Source: Candidatus Latescibacterota bacterium (GTDB lineage Bacteria; Latescibacterota; UBA2968; GCA-2709665). From it: 64,000 nt of DNA. The notes under the pieces were generated by a model. That model was not told where the DNA came from. It did no database searches and saw only the letters and a program-made list of their open reading frames with translations. This document shows, piece by piece, positions 1-10,179 of this stretch; positions within the stretch are counted from its first letter, which is position 1; every line of letters starts with the position of its first letter. The stretch spans positions 4,960,001-5,024,000 of the forward strand of contig OZ244937.1 of NCBI GenBank assembly GCA_965222075.1, written 5' to 3'. A program made the position numbers and the translations under genes.

Positions 1-2
1 AG

Positions 3-80
3 TGGGTTTCGGCAGCGCGAATCCGGAATGCGGCCAGGGTCTACGCGCTGACGGCGGCGATGTACTGTGGGGTTGCGTAG
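3..80 (+). CDS. 3' end of upstream gene, probably M20/ArgE-type peptidase (partial)
   Basis: Open frame WVSAARIRNAARVYALTAAMYCGVA* ending at TAG 78-80; resembles M20 C-termini. Confidence 0.4.
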   Translation, partial: WVSAARIRNAARVYALTAAMYCGVA

Positions 81-106
81 AAGCCCTTTATTCCGGTTAA
101 GGAGGG

Positions 107-1151
107 ATGTTTATGAACACGATCGTGAGGGCGACCGGAGGCGGGGTGTTGACCGACCGGACGGCCCGGTGGGAGGACGAGGCGGGCCTTGAGGGAGAGG
201 TGGAGGCCTTCGGGGCAGAACACAACCCGACCGGGAATCCGATTGGGGGCGGTGAAGGGTATTCGGAGGTTTATACGGAGGGGGACTACACGGTCCGCAG
301 TTATGAGGAGCTGGAGGTTGTCCTGGCAGAGGCAAAGGCGGGGCAGGTGGTGTTTGTGCCGGAGGATATTGAGATCGACATGGGCCGGCCGGCCGGAGCT
401 GTCGGTTCCGGAGGCGGTGACCCTGGCGGGCAGCCGGGGGGACAACGGATCGGACGGCGGGTTGATTTTTTCCGACAACCTGCATACCCCTGGTCTGTTT
501 GCCTCGGCCGGAGACTGCGTGCGCATTACCGGACTGCGGGTTCAGGGGCCATACCCCCACCGGGAGCGCATCGACGCGAATTCAAGTGGGATGCACAGCA
601 ACCACTTCGGCATGGAAATCGACAACTGCAATATCTCCGGTTTCAGAGGTTCTGCAACCGGGTTTGGGAGAGGCGCCAGCCGGGGCTATGTGCACCACAA
701 CTACATTCACCACAACCAGCAGGCCGGACTGGGCTACGGAGTAAGCGTGGGCGGTGGGGACGTGCTGATCGAGGCCAATCTGTTCGACTGGTGCCGACAC
801 CACATCGCCTCTTCCGGCGCGCCCGGCTCGGCATACGAAGCCCGGTACAATATCTGCGGGGAAAACGCGAATGGGCATTTGATCGACATGCATGGGGGGC
901 GGGACCGGGGGGATGCCACGGATATTGCGGGAGACTGGATGAATGTTCACCACAACACGTTTATGTGCGAGGAAGCCCGAAGCGTGGGCATCCGGGGCAT
1001 GCCCAGCCAGGGCGCAGTGATCCACCACAACTGGTTTTACAGCCCGGATCCGGAGAATGTGGTCCGGACGTCGGGAGGAACCGAAGCATACCAGAATGTG
1101 TTCGGCCCTGAAAAGACTTTGATCCGTCAGCTGGAGATTCGCTATGACTGA
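107..1151 (+). pseudogene. Right-handed parallel beta-helix repeat protein, split by a frameshift near 383-393
   Basis: N-terminus in ORF 107 (PTGNPIGGGEGY...VVFVPEDIEIDM) continues in ORF 189 frame (GRPELSVPEAVTLAGSRG...VHHNYIHHNQ, VHHNTF, IHHNWF); junction in atgggccggccggccggag; strong SD aaggaggg. Confidence 0.7.
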
Positions 1152-2997
1152 TGCTAACCCTGTGTCGGCGCGTGCGGCATCGGACGCCGGGTCCGGCGCG
1201 AGTGTAGACCACCTGGGCGATCCGCTGCCCGAAGGGGCCGTGCAGCGCCTGGGCACCCGAAGGATGCAGGTTTCGATTTCGGATATGGCCTACTCGGCCG
1301 ACGGCAAGAAGGCGTTTGTGATTTCCGGTGGTGAGTTGCACGTCTGGGACCTGATCCGAGGGGAGCAGGTGGGCGCTTACCGGGTATCGGACCATTCGCT
1401 GGCGGGGATGGACTGCGACCGGAGCCTCCGAAAAGCCCTGTTTGCAGATCGGTCCGGGGCGGTGATCGAGTGGGACCTTGAGGAGAACCGGGAGGGACGC
1501 CGGTTTGCAACCGGGAGGGGGTCGCTCATTTCCGTCCGGTACTCTCCGGAGGGTGAGCGGGCGCTGACGCTGGACCGGGAGGCGTCGGCTTTGGAGGAGT
1601 GGGACCTGGAGGCGGGCGAGCGGTTGATTTTGATTGAGGCGCCCGGAGAGAGTCTGAATCGGTGCATCTACGGCCCGGACGGCCGGACGGCGTTTGTGGG
1701 ACACCAGCCGGGAGACAATATTTACCATTACGATCTGGTCTCCGGTGAGCTGCTTAAAATTTTCGTGGACGATTACAGCAATTACGATATGTGCCTCTCC
1801 GCAGACGGAGAGCGGCTGCTGGTGGGGACAAGGCACAAGTCGAACGAGTGGCGGCTTTCGGACTATGCGTGCCTGGAGACGTTTACCGGCCACCTGGGTC
1901 ACGCAGTGCCCTCTGTGGCCTATACGCGGGACGATCGGTTCCTGCTGACGGGCTCCCGGGACGGCTCGATCCGGATGTGGGACCGGAAAAAGGCCGAGGT
2001 GGTGAAACGGTGGTACCCGCACCAGAGGTACGTGAACCGGATGCGGGTTTCCTCTGACGGGGAGTGGGTGCTCTCCTACGGCGGCGACGGCCTGCTGACC
2101 GAGACGAGTTTAGAGACGGGCGAACCGCGCCTGCGGTGGGAACGCCACAGGTCGGGTGTGCAGGCCTTGGCGTTTACGCCGGACGGCTCGTATGCAGTCT
2201 CCGGGTCGGCAGACAAGACCATCCGGGTGTGGGAGACCGACGGGTGGCGCCCGGTTCGCAAGATTTTGAACCCCGGCGACGAGGTACACGCGCTTTCTGT
2301 TTCGCCCGACGGGCAGCAGGTTGCGGCCGGCTCGAAAGACGGCACAGTTCGGGTGTTCGCACTTGAGACCGGGGAGGTTGTAAAGGCGCTTTCCGGGCAC
2401 CTGGGCTATGTCCGCGCGGTTGAGTACACGGGGGATGGGAGCCGGCTGTTGAGCGCCGCGGGCGACGGCACCGTGCAAGTGTGGGACGTTGAAAGGGGAG
2501 TGGTGGTCTGGACGATGAAGGGCCACCTGGGGGGAGCGCTGGCGGTGGCGGCATCGCCGGACGGGAAGCGGGCGCTGAGTGGGGGGCGCGACGGCATGGT
2601 GCGGGAGTGGGACGCAGAGACGGGAGATCTGATGCAGACGGTGATCGCACACAGGGGGTGGGTGCAGGTTGTAGCGTACAGCCCCGACGGGCGCTGTGCG
2701 ATCTCCGGGGGACGCGACGGGCTCGTCCTTGAGTGGGACCTGGAGGAAGGCCGGGAGGCGCAGGCGTTTGTCCATGCGGCGTGGGTGGAAGCCGCAGGGT
2801 ACCTGGCGGACGGGAAGGCGATCTGTTCCGGTGGTCAGGATGGGCGTGTGATTGTGTGGAACCGGGAGACCGGCGAGGCGGTCGAACGGTTTTCCGGGCA
2901 CGATTCCACGGTACATGCCCTGGCGGCAAGCCCGGATGGGGGGCTGCTGCTTTCGGGATCGGCAGATACCACCATGCTCCTGTGGAGGTTGGCGTGA
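1144..2997 (+). CDS. WD40 repeat protein
   Basis: Many GH...SGSxDxTIRVWD repeats; N-terminal GDPLPEGAVQRLG motif. Confidence 0.92.
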   Translation: MTDANPVSARAASDAGSGASVDHLGDPLPEGAVQRLGTRRMQVSISDMAYSADGKKAFVISGGELHVWDLIRGEQVGAYRVSDHSLAGMDCDRSLRKALFADRSGAVIEWDLEENREGRRFATGRGSLISVRYSPEGERALTLDREASALEEWDLEAGERLILIEAPGESLNRCIYGPDGRTAFVGHQPGDNIYHYDLVSGELLKIFVDDYSNYDMCLSADGERLLVGTRHKSNEWRLSDYACLETFTGHLGHAVPSVAYTRDDRFLLTGSRDGSIRMWDRKKAEVVKRWYPHQRYVNRMRVSSDGEWVLSYGGDGLLTETSLETGEPRLRWERHRSGVQALAFTPDGSYAVSGSADKTIRVWETDGWRPVRKILNPGDEVHALSVSPDGQQVAAGSKDGTVRVFALETGEVVKALSGHLGYVRAVEYTGDGSRLLSAAGDGTVQVWDVERGVVVWTMKGHLGGALAVAASPDGKRALSGGRDGMVREWDAETGDLMQTVIAHRGWVQVVAYSPDGRCAISGGRDGLVLEWDLEEGREAQAFVHAAWVEAAGYLADGKAICSGGQDGRVIVWNRETGEAVERFSGHDSTVHALAASPDGGLLLSGSADTTMLLWRLA

Positions 2998-4694
2998 GCG
3001 TCCGTGTGGTCAAAGAGGTGGATATTGAGGCCACAATGCGGGACGGCACTGTTCTCCGGGCAGATGTGTACCGGCCCAATGTCGAGGGCCGGTTTCCAAC
3101 GCTTTTGCACAGAACGCCTTATAACAAGGCGGGTAGAGATGAAGTAGGCAATCAGCTGGCGGAGCGGGGATACGGGGTTGTGATGCAGGATGTGCGGGGG
3201 CGGTATGCCTCAGACGGTGCGTTCTGTCCCGGTTTTTTCAGCGCAGACCACAGGGATTCGGAGGATGGCTTTGATACGGTGGAATGGGCGGCGCAGCTGC
3301 CCTGGTCCACGGGAAAGGTGGGCACGTTTGGCAACTCCTATTGCGGCTGGACGCAGTGGGAGCTGGCCCACACCCGGCCTCCGCATTTGGTGGCGATGCT
3401 GGCGGGCGGGATTGCGGCCAACCTGCTGGATCGGGAACTGTCGGGTGTGCTGCGGGTGGGCCGGGTGATGGACTGGACGGTGAACAACCTGTCTGTGGAT
3501 ATGGCACAGCGGCTGGGCGATCTCCGGAAGCCGAACACGACGGACGAGGCGAGACGCCTCTGGGGTGAACGGGACCGGAGCAAGTGGCTCTGGTTCCTCC
3601 CGCTGTGGGAGATCCCCGAAGAGGCGATGCCCGGGATGAGGGCGCACTGGCGGCGGTGGCTGGAGGACCACACCGCGGACCATTTTGGGTTTTTAGAGAA
3701 GCACCGGCAGGTGAACGTTCCGGTTTTGAGCACGACGGGGTGGTACGATCAGCAGATCGGCACGATCAAGCATTTTACGGGGATGGTGAAGAACGGGATG
3801 AACGAGCACGCCAGGGAAAACCAGTATTTGATTGTGGGACCCTGGACGCATACGATGAACGAGTATGTCAGCCAGGTGGGAGAGGTGGACTTTGGCCCTG
3901 AGGCGTGCCGGAACTTTTACGAGATTGCCGATGCCTGGTTTTCGCGCTGGCTCAAGGGCGAGGAGACCAGGGCTGCGGACTGGCCGCCGATTCAGCTCTT
4001 TGTGATGGGGGCCAACACGTGGCGCGGGGAGGTGGAGTGGCCGCTGGCCAGGACGGTTTATACCGAATTTTATTTTCACAGCGGCGGGAAGGCCAATTCC
4101 CCGGCGGGGGACGGGATAATCTCACGGCAACCGCCGCAGGAGGAGCCGCCCGATGGGTATACGTACGATCCAAGGGATCCGGTGATGAGCCTGTACACCC
4201 CCGGTGGACAGCACGAGCCGATCGATCAGCGGGCGCTGGACGGGCGGCAAGACATCCTGGTCTATTCGACGCCGCCCCTGGAAGAACCTGTGGAAGTGAC
4301 AGGGCCGGTGGTGGTGAAGCTGTGGGCCGCCTCTTCTGCGAGGGATACGGACTTTGTGGCCAAGCTGATCGATGTGCATCCAAACGGGTTCGCCCAGGAG
4401 CTGTGCTACGGGATTGTGCGGGCCCGGTACCGGGAGTCTTTTGACGAGCCGTCGCCGATCGAACCTGGGCGGGTTTATGAATACACGATTCAGGTGAATC
4501 CCACGAGCAATCTATTCAAGCGGGGGCACCGGATACGGATCGATATTTCCAGCAGCGATTTTCCGAATTTCGACCGCAACCACAATACAGGGGACGACGA
4601 CTACAAAGAGGCGGCCCTGCAGACGGCGCAGCAGACGGTTTTCCACGAGGGGGGCCGTCCGTCGCGGGTGATTCTGCCGGTGATTCCAGGTTAG
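2994..4694 (+). CDS. CocE/NonD family hydrolase
   Basis: MRDGTVLRADVYRP, RTPYNK, GNSYCG nucleophile elbow, GWYD, GPWTH; GTGA overlap with upstream stop gives start 2994. Confidence 0.92.
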   Translation: MSVRVVKEVDIEATMRDGTVLRADVYRPNVEGRFPTLLHRTPYNKAGRDEVGNQLAERGYGVVMQDVRGRYASDGAFCPGFFSADHRDSEDGFDTVEWAAQLPWSTGKVGTFGNSYCGWTQWELAHTRPPHLVAMLAGGIAANLLDRELSGVLRVGRVMDWTVNNLSVDMAQRLGDLRKPNTTDEARRLWGERDRSKWLWFLPLWEIPEEAMPGMRAHWRRWLEDHTADHFGFLEKHRQVNVPVLSTTGWYDQQIGTIKHFTGMVKNGMNEHARENQYLIVGPWTHTMNEYVSQVGEVDFGPEACRNFYEIADAWFSRWLKGEETRAADWPPIQLFVMGANTWRGEVEWPLARTVYTEFYFHSGGKANSPAGDGIISRQPPQEEPPDGYTYDPRDPVMSLYTPGGQHEPIDQRALDGRQDILVYSTPPLEEPVEVTGPVVVKLWAASSARDTDFVAKLIDVHPNGFAQELCYGIVRARYRESFDEPSPIEPGRVYEYTIQVNPTSNLFKRGHRIRIDISSSDFPNFDRNHNTGDDDYKEAALQTAQQTVFHEGGRPSRVILPVIPG

Positions 4695-4755
4695 AGACGG
4701 CAGACGACATGGTCCGTGGTTTGTGGTCCGTTGTTATACAGGAGGCAACGTAGCG

Positions 4756-5715
4756 ATGAGCGTGTCCCAGACGTTGACGGAGGTTTTGATCGATGAACGG
4801 GCGTGGACGGCGGAGAGCATCAACGATCCCGCGTCCTGGTGCTGCACGCTGTCGGAGGCGTGTCTGGCTGAACTTGACGCATTTGTTCAGGAACTGAAGG
4901 GAGATCCCCGGTCGATTACGGAGATCCGGATTGAAGATACGCAGCTCCCGGCCTGCCGGGAAACGCTTCAACCTGTTTCCCATGCGATTCATTTGGGGCG
5001 CGGTTTTTCGGTTGTAGACCGGACGCCATTAGAACGCTATTCCGTTGAGGAGGTCCAGACGATCTACTGGCTGGTGGGCCAGGTTCTGGGGCTTCCGTTT
5101 GAGCAGGATGTGAGGGGGACGCTGCTTTACGATGTGCGGGATACCGGCCAGGATGTGAGCCAGGGCGCCCGGTTTTCGGTGACGAATGCCGAGAGTTCAT
5201 TCCATACGGACGGGGCGTTCAATCCTCAGGCGCCGGATATTGTGGGCCTGCTCTGCCTGCAGACGGCAAAATCCGGGGGGCAGAGCCAGCTGATTAGCGC
5301 AATCACGCTCCATAACGAGCTGCTGCAGCATCACCCCGATGCGCTGGAGATGCTGTATCAGTCGTTTTATTTCGACCGCCGGGGTCAGTTTCGGGAGGGC
5401 GAACAGCCGATTTCAGAGACGCCGATTTTCCGGTGGGACGGCCAGGAGTTGGTGTTCAAGTACATCTATTATTACATCCAGGTGGGGCACGAGGCCATGG
5501 ACCGGCCGCTGATGCCCGAGCAGGAGAAGGCCTTAGAGGCGCTGGAATCGCTGATGCGTTGCGAGGATCTGCAGGTGAAGTTCAGCCTGCAACCCGGCCA
5601 GGTGCTGTTTACGAACAATCGGTGGATTCTGCACAACCGCACGGCGTTTGAGGACTATGTGGAGCTTGAGAAGCGGAGGCACTACGTGCGGCTGTGGTTG
5701 AGCCGGAGAGATTGA
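4756..5715 (+). CDS. TauD/TfdA family Fe(II)/2-oxoglutarate dioxygenase
   Basis: FHTDG (HxD), distal HNR, RRHYVRLWL; SD ggagg. Confidence 0.85.
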   Translation: MSVSQTLTEVLIDERAWTAESINDPASWCCTLSEACLAELDAFVQELKGDPRSITEIRIEDTQLPACRETLQPVSHAIHLGRGFSVVDRTPLERYSVEEVQTIYWLVGQVLGLPFEQDVRGTLLYDVRDTGQDVSQGARFSVTNAESSFHTDGAFNPQAPDIVGLLCLQTAKSGGQSQLISAITLHNELLQHHPDALEMLYQSFYFDRRGQFREGEQPISETPIFRWDGQELVFKYIYYYIQVGHEAMDRPLMPEQEKALEALESLMRCEDLQVKFSLQPGQVLFTNNRWILHNRTAFEDYVELEKRRHYVRLWLSRRD

Positions 5716-5844
5716 AAGGGGTTGAAAAGCATTCACCGGAAAGGCGGACGATCCGCCGTGGCGGGTGTGGCAGGTCGCGCGGGTTTCCGTGGGGAAAGGG
5801 GAGGTGACGGTGTGCAACGTGCATCTGCCGTTAAGGAGGTCAAT

Positions 5845-6195
5845 GTGAGCGCTGTGATCATCTATCACAATCCCAAATGCAGCAAGAGCAGGCAGACGCT
5901 GCAGCTTCTCAGAGACCGGGGGGTTGAGCCAAGGGTCGTGGAGTATTTGAAGACGCCGCCGGACGAAGACACGCTTGCCCGCCTCCTGGGGATGCTGGAT
6001 ATGGAGCCGATCGAGTTGATGCGGACGAAGGAGGAGGAATACGAGCAGCTGGGGCTGGAGGAGAAAAAGGACGACCGGAAGGCGTTGATCCGGCAGATGG
6101 CGGCGCACCCGATTCTGATCGAGCGGCCGATTGTGGTGAAGGGCAACCAGGCGCGGGTCGGACGCCCGCCGGAGGCGGTGCTGGAGATTTTGTAG
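5845..6195 (+). CDS. arsC: Arsenate reductase (glutaredoxin-type ArsC/YfgD family)
   Basis: IYHNPKCSKSR, LIERPIVV, GRPPEAV; SD aaggagg before GTG. Confidence 0.85.
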   Translation: MSAVIIYHNPKCSKSRQTLQLLRDRGVEPRVVEYLKTPPDEDTLARLLGMLDMEPIELMRTKEEEYEQLGLEEKKDDRKALIRQMAAHPILIERPIVVKGNQARVGRPPEAVLEIL

Positions 6196-6283
6196 AGAGA
6201 TCCAGCCGTCTGAGAATTGCCAACAGACGTTGGCGGTGTCCCTCCGGTGCTAAATTCTGTTAGCGGTTCAATTCCAGATCACC

Positions 6284-7576
6284 ATGGTAAACGGACATCA
6301 GATCGATATCGCTTTCGGCAGGGAGACGGTTCCGATTTGTGCCGATCCGGGGCTGGCGGAGTGGGAGGTGATCCGGCCTGCGTACGAGGCGGGGCTGCCA
6401 AATGCGAGAGCGCGGTTTCGGGAGGCGTGCTGCAGTCCGATTGCGTGTGAGCCGCTGCGTGAGGTGGTCTCGCCGGGCGACCGGGTGGTGATTGTGACGT
6501 CGGATGGGACGCGGCCGGTGCCGAACCGGGTGTTGATTCCCTGGATTTTGGAGGAGCTGCCGGTTCCCGTTGAGCAGGTGACGGTGCTGCTGGGCAATGG
6601 GACGCATCGGGCAAATACGGACGCGGAGATCGCCGAGATGTTCGGGGAGGAGATTGTGGGGAGGGTGGCGATATGCAATCACGACGGGTACGATCCGGAG
6701 CGGAATGCGTGGGTGGGGAAGACGGCCGGGGGGGCAGATGTTTTTCTGGACCGGGGCTACTTAGAAGCGGATAAGCGGATTGTAGTGGGGTTTATCGAAC
6801 CGCACTTTTTTGCGGGGTTTTCGGGGGGCGCGAAGGGTATTGCGCCGGGGGTGGCGGGCGTGGAGACGGTGCTTCGGCTGCACCGGGCGGAGTTGATCGC
6901 CGATCCGAGGAGTACGTGGGGCGTGCTGGCGGGGAATCCGATCCAGGAGGAGATCGCAGAGGCGGTGGGATTCTGCCCGCCCGATTTTATGGTGAATGTG
7001 ACGCTGAATTCGGATAAGGAGATGACGGCGTTTTACACAGGAGATTACCGGGAGGCCCACCGGCAGGGGTGCGCGGCGGTGAAGGCGTCGTCGATGGCGC
7101 CGGTGGTGGAGGCGTTTCCGGTGGTGGTGACGTCGAACAGCGGGTATCCACTGGACCAGAATCTGTATCAGACGGTGAAGGGGATTTCGGCGGCGGCGCG
7201 GGTGGTGGCGGACGGGGGGACGATCCTGGTGGCGAGCGAGTGCAGCGACGGGGTGCCGGACCACGGGAATTTCGCGCAGATTATGCAGACGGGGTGCTCG
7301 CCGGAAGCGGTGTTGAAGTCGATTTACGATCTGGAACGGCCGATCTTGGACCAGTGGCAGGCGCAGATTCTGGCCGGGATTTTAGAGCGGGCGGATGTGC
7401 GGGTTTACTCGCGGATGGAGCGAGCGGAGATTCGGGCCTGTAAGCTGGAGGTTGCGGAGGATCTGGACGGGGCGTTGCGGGAGCGAATCGAGGCGGTGGG
7501 GAAAGGGGCGCGGGTGGCGGTTCTGCCCGATGGGCCGCTGACGATTCCATATTTGGAGGGAGATGGTTTTTCATAG
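6284..7576 (+). CDS. larA: Nickel-pincer lactate racemase LarA family protein
   Basis: SDGTRP, GTHR, NHD, IEPHFFAGFSGGAK, GYPLDQNLYQTVKG, DQWQAQI. Confidence 0.9.
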   Translation: MVNGHQIDIAFGRETVPICADPGLAEWEVIRPAYEAGLPNARARFREACCSPIACEPLREVVSPGDRVVIVTSDGTRPVPNRVLIPWILEELPVPVEQVTVLLGNGTHRANTDAEIAEMFGEEIVGRVAICNHDGYDPERNAWVGKTAGGADVFLDRGYLEADKRIVVGFIEPHFFAGFSGGAKGIAPGVAGVETVLRLHRAELIADPRSTWGVLAGNPIQEEIAEAVGFCPPDFMVNVTLNSDKEMTAFYTGDYREAHRQGCAAVKASSMAPVVEAFPVVVTSNSGYPLDQNLYQTVKGISAAARVVADGGTILVASECSDGVPDHGNFAQIMQTGCSPEAVLKSIYDLERPILDQWQAQILAGILERADVRVYSRMERAEIRACKLEVAEDLDGALRERIEAVGKGARVAVLPDGPLTIPYLEGDGFS

Positions 7577-7588
7577 AGGAGTGGGGCG

Positions 7589-10144
7589 ATGGCGAAGCGA
7601 CAGGAGGTTCGGCTGCGGGTTTCGGAGTCGGCGGGAATTTCCCGGGAGAACTGGCCGGTGACGCGGGGGGTACCGCTACCCAAGGGGGCGCTGGGGAATC
7701 TGGATTCGGTGGGGGTGGAGGATGCGGACGGACGTACGGTCCCCGCGCAGTTCCGGGTGCTGAGCCGGTGGCCGGAGGGGAGTTTGAAGTGGGTGTTGAG
7801 CGATTTTCAGGCGGATGTACCGGCGAACGGGGAGGCGGTTTATACCTTCTGTTATGGAGGGGAAAAAACGGACGTTTCGCCTGCGGCGTCGGTTCAGATC
7901 TGGGAGGGGGCGGAGCAGATTACGGTCTGTACCGGGCCGTTGCGGTTCGGGGTGAGCCTGCGACGGTTTTCCCTGGTGGAATTCGTGGAGTTGGGAAAGA
8001 TGGAGGCGGACGGCGTTTTTGTGCCTGAGGAGGAGGTGGTTGGACCGGAGGCCGCAGGAGAGGCGTGGGTGCGGATTTGCGAGTCGTTCCGGGACGATGA
8101 AGGGAAGCGGTACCTCTACGGGATGGGAGGGATGTGTCTGGCATCGCTGGCGGAGGACGCCTATTCCGTGCAGGTGGAGGAGGCCGGTCCGCTGCGGGTG
8201 GTGATCCGGTGTGAGGGGGCATTCGAGGGGGAGGCGCCGATGCACCATTACAGGGGGTACCGGCCGTTCCGTTTTGTGGTCCGGATTTACGCCTATGCGG
8301 GGCAGGCGACGCTGCGGGTGCTGCACACAGTGGTCGTGGCGTGCAACCCGAGGGAGACCGAGGTGGAGGAGATTGCCCTGCGAGCGCCGGCCTCACTGAG
8401 GGGAGAGGTGCGCTACCGGGCCGCGTCCCGGCTGCCGGTGGAGGATACGCTGGAGTTGGGCGCGTCTGTGCTACTGTCCCAGCGGCTGGACAACCACTTT
8501 TATTTAGACCGGCGTGCGGGGGAAGGCGTGCGGCGCCTCGCAGAGGGGGAGCGGACGGAGGGGTGGATGACGGTTGAGGATGCGCGGGTGGGGGTCGGGG
8601 TGGGGCTGCGCTATATGCCGGAGGAGTACCCAAAGGCGCTGGGAACGACAGGGACGGGCGAGGGGATTGATGTGTACCTGTGGCGGGACCCGGATGGGAA
8701 GCGGCTTTCGCTTAAGCGGTATGCCGAGGCAGTAACCTGGGAGGAGGGGGAGGGGGTGTACGCGGATGGGACGGGGACGGCGAAGACGAGTGAGTTTTTC
8801 GTCTGTTTTTACCGGACGGTGGAGGGGGGAAGCGTGCCGGCCCGGTTGTGCGGGTTTCTGCATCCGCCGGGTGTGGAGATTGATCCGGCGTGGACCGCAG
8901 CCTGCGAGGTGACGGGGGGGTTTGCGCCGGTCGATCCAAAGCGGTTTCCCGAGTCGGAGCGGATGATGGCGGGGTTTATAGACTGGATGGAGCGGAACAT
9001 CCGTCTGGGGAGGTGGTACGGATTTTTCGACTGGGGGGATGTGCTGGCGGCCTGGGAGGCGTCGAAGGGGGACTGGCGGTTTTACGGGCGGTGGGGCTGG
9101 TGCAACAGCGAGTGGGACCCCCGGCACGGGGTCTGGATCCAGTATCTTCGGACGGGGGAGGCGCGGCACTTCCGGCTGGGAGAGGCGATGACGCGGCATT
9201 CGGTGGATGTGGATACCTGCCACTTCCACCCGTTCCGGCCCTATATGGTGGGGGGCTGCTTCCGGCACAGCGTGGACCATTTTGGAGACGAGCCCTGCGC
9301 GTCGCATACGTTTGTGGACAACTGGGTGGATTACTACTATCTTACCGGTGACCTGCGAACCTACGAGGTGCTGCAGGAGGCGGGGGCGTTCTTTTTGCGT
9401 TTTCGGTGGACGGAGGATGCGGCCTACAGTTTCAGCCTGCGGGGGATTGCGAATGCGCTGCGGGGGCTGCTCTACGTCTACGAGGTAACGGGGGAGGACC
9501 GGTTTAAGGAACGCGCCGAAGAGGTCTATGCCGTGATTGCGCGAGGGCAGAACGAGGATGGAAGCTGGCACAAGCGTTTTCAGGTTTCCACGCCGGACAG
9601 GCTCCCGGACCAGGGCCCCTACGGGATGGCGACGGAGGGGACGACCCTGGCGGTGGAGATGGGGGCGGCGTCGGCGTTTACGGATGACGAATTCCGGAAA
9701 TTGAGGGGGACGGACAGAGGCCTGATCCGCGTGCTGCCGCTGGAGGAACAGAAGGGTTACCAGACGCATTATCTGATGATCGGGCTGGAGCTGCTGCACC
9801 GGCTGAGGGGAGGGGAGGATGTGGCAGGGGTCTATTGCCGGGCGGTCGACTGGTTCTGCGGCGGTGAGAAAACGTGGGATGCGGAGGTGGCCATCCGCGA
9901 GTGCTACGGCGGCGTGATCTGCCGCCACCTGGGGTACGCCTTCCATCTGACGGGGGACCGGCGCTACCTGGAGGTCGGCCGGAAGGTGCTGCGGCTGTTG
10001 ATCGATCAGCAGGACTGGAGCGAGGATCCGATGCAGCACGGGGCGGTTTCGATGAATCCCACACACGTGAGTACGCTGTTTTTCGGGGCGCCGTTTTTAC
10101 TCGGGATGATGCGAGAAGCAGGGATGGAGGAGCGGGATTCCTGA
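7589..10144 (+). CDS. Large YetA/PcRGLX-like (putative lyase/glycoside hydrolase) protein
   Basis: WPVTRGVPLPKGAL, W-P-x-G-S-L-K-W, WYGFFDWGD, WCNSEWD, EAMTRHSVDVD motifs. Confidence 0.6.
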   Translation: MAKRQEVRLRVSESAGISRENWPVTRGVPLPKGALGNLDSVGVEDADGRTVPAQFRVLSRWPEGSLKWVLSDFQADVPANGEAVYTFCYGGEKTDVSPAASVQIWEGAEQITVCTGPLRFGVSLRRFSLVEFVELGKMEADGVFVPEEEVVGPEAAGEAWVRICESFRDDEGKRYLYGMGGMCLASLAEDAYSVQVEEAGPLRVVIRCEGAFEGEAPMHHYRGYRPFRFVVRIYAYAGQATLRVLHTVVVACNPRETEVEEIALRAPASLRGEVRYRAASRLPVEDTLELGASVLLSQRLDNHFYLDRRAGEGVRRLAEGERTEGWMTVEDARVGVGVGLRYMPEEYPKALGTTGTGEGIDVYLWRDPDGKRLSLKRYAEAVTWEEGEGVYADGTGTAKTSEFFVCFYRTVEGGSVPARLCGFLHPPGVEIDPAWTAACEVTGGFAPVDPKRFPESERMMAGFIDWMERNIRLGRWYGFFDWGDVLAAWEASKGDWRFYGRWGWCNSEWDPRHGVWIQYLRTGEARHFRLGEAMTRHSVDVDTCHFHPFRPYMVGGCFRHSVDHFGDEPCASHTFVDNWVDYYYLTGDLRTYEVLQEAGAFFLRFRWTEDAAYSFSLRGIANALRGLLYVYEVTGEDRFKERAEEVYAVIARGQNEDGSWHKRFQVSTPDRLPDQGPYGMATEGTTLAVEMGAASAFTDDEFRKLRGTDRGLIRVLPLEEQKGYQTHYLMIGLELLHRLRGGEDVAGVYCRAVDWFCGGEKTWDAEVAIRECYGGVICRHLGYAFHLTGDRRYLEVGRKVLRLLIDQQDWSEDPMQHGAVSMNPTHVSTLFFGAPFLLGMMREAGMEERDS

Positions 10145-10179
10145 AAGGGCGGCGGCAGGAGGAAACAGGGAGAGGTTCT

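Noticed and set aside
8504-10066. Long antisense ORFs (e.g. 8504-10066, 54097-55326)
   Set aside because: Typical shadow ORFs of high-GC coding strands; the opposite strand carries the recognisable proteins.
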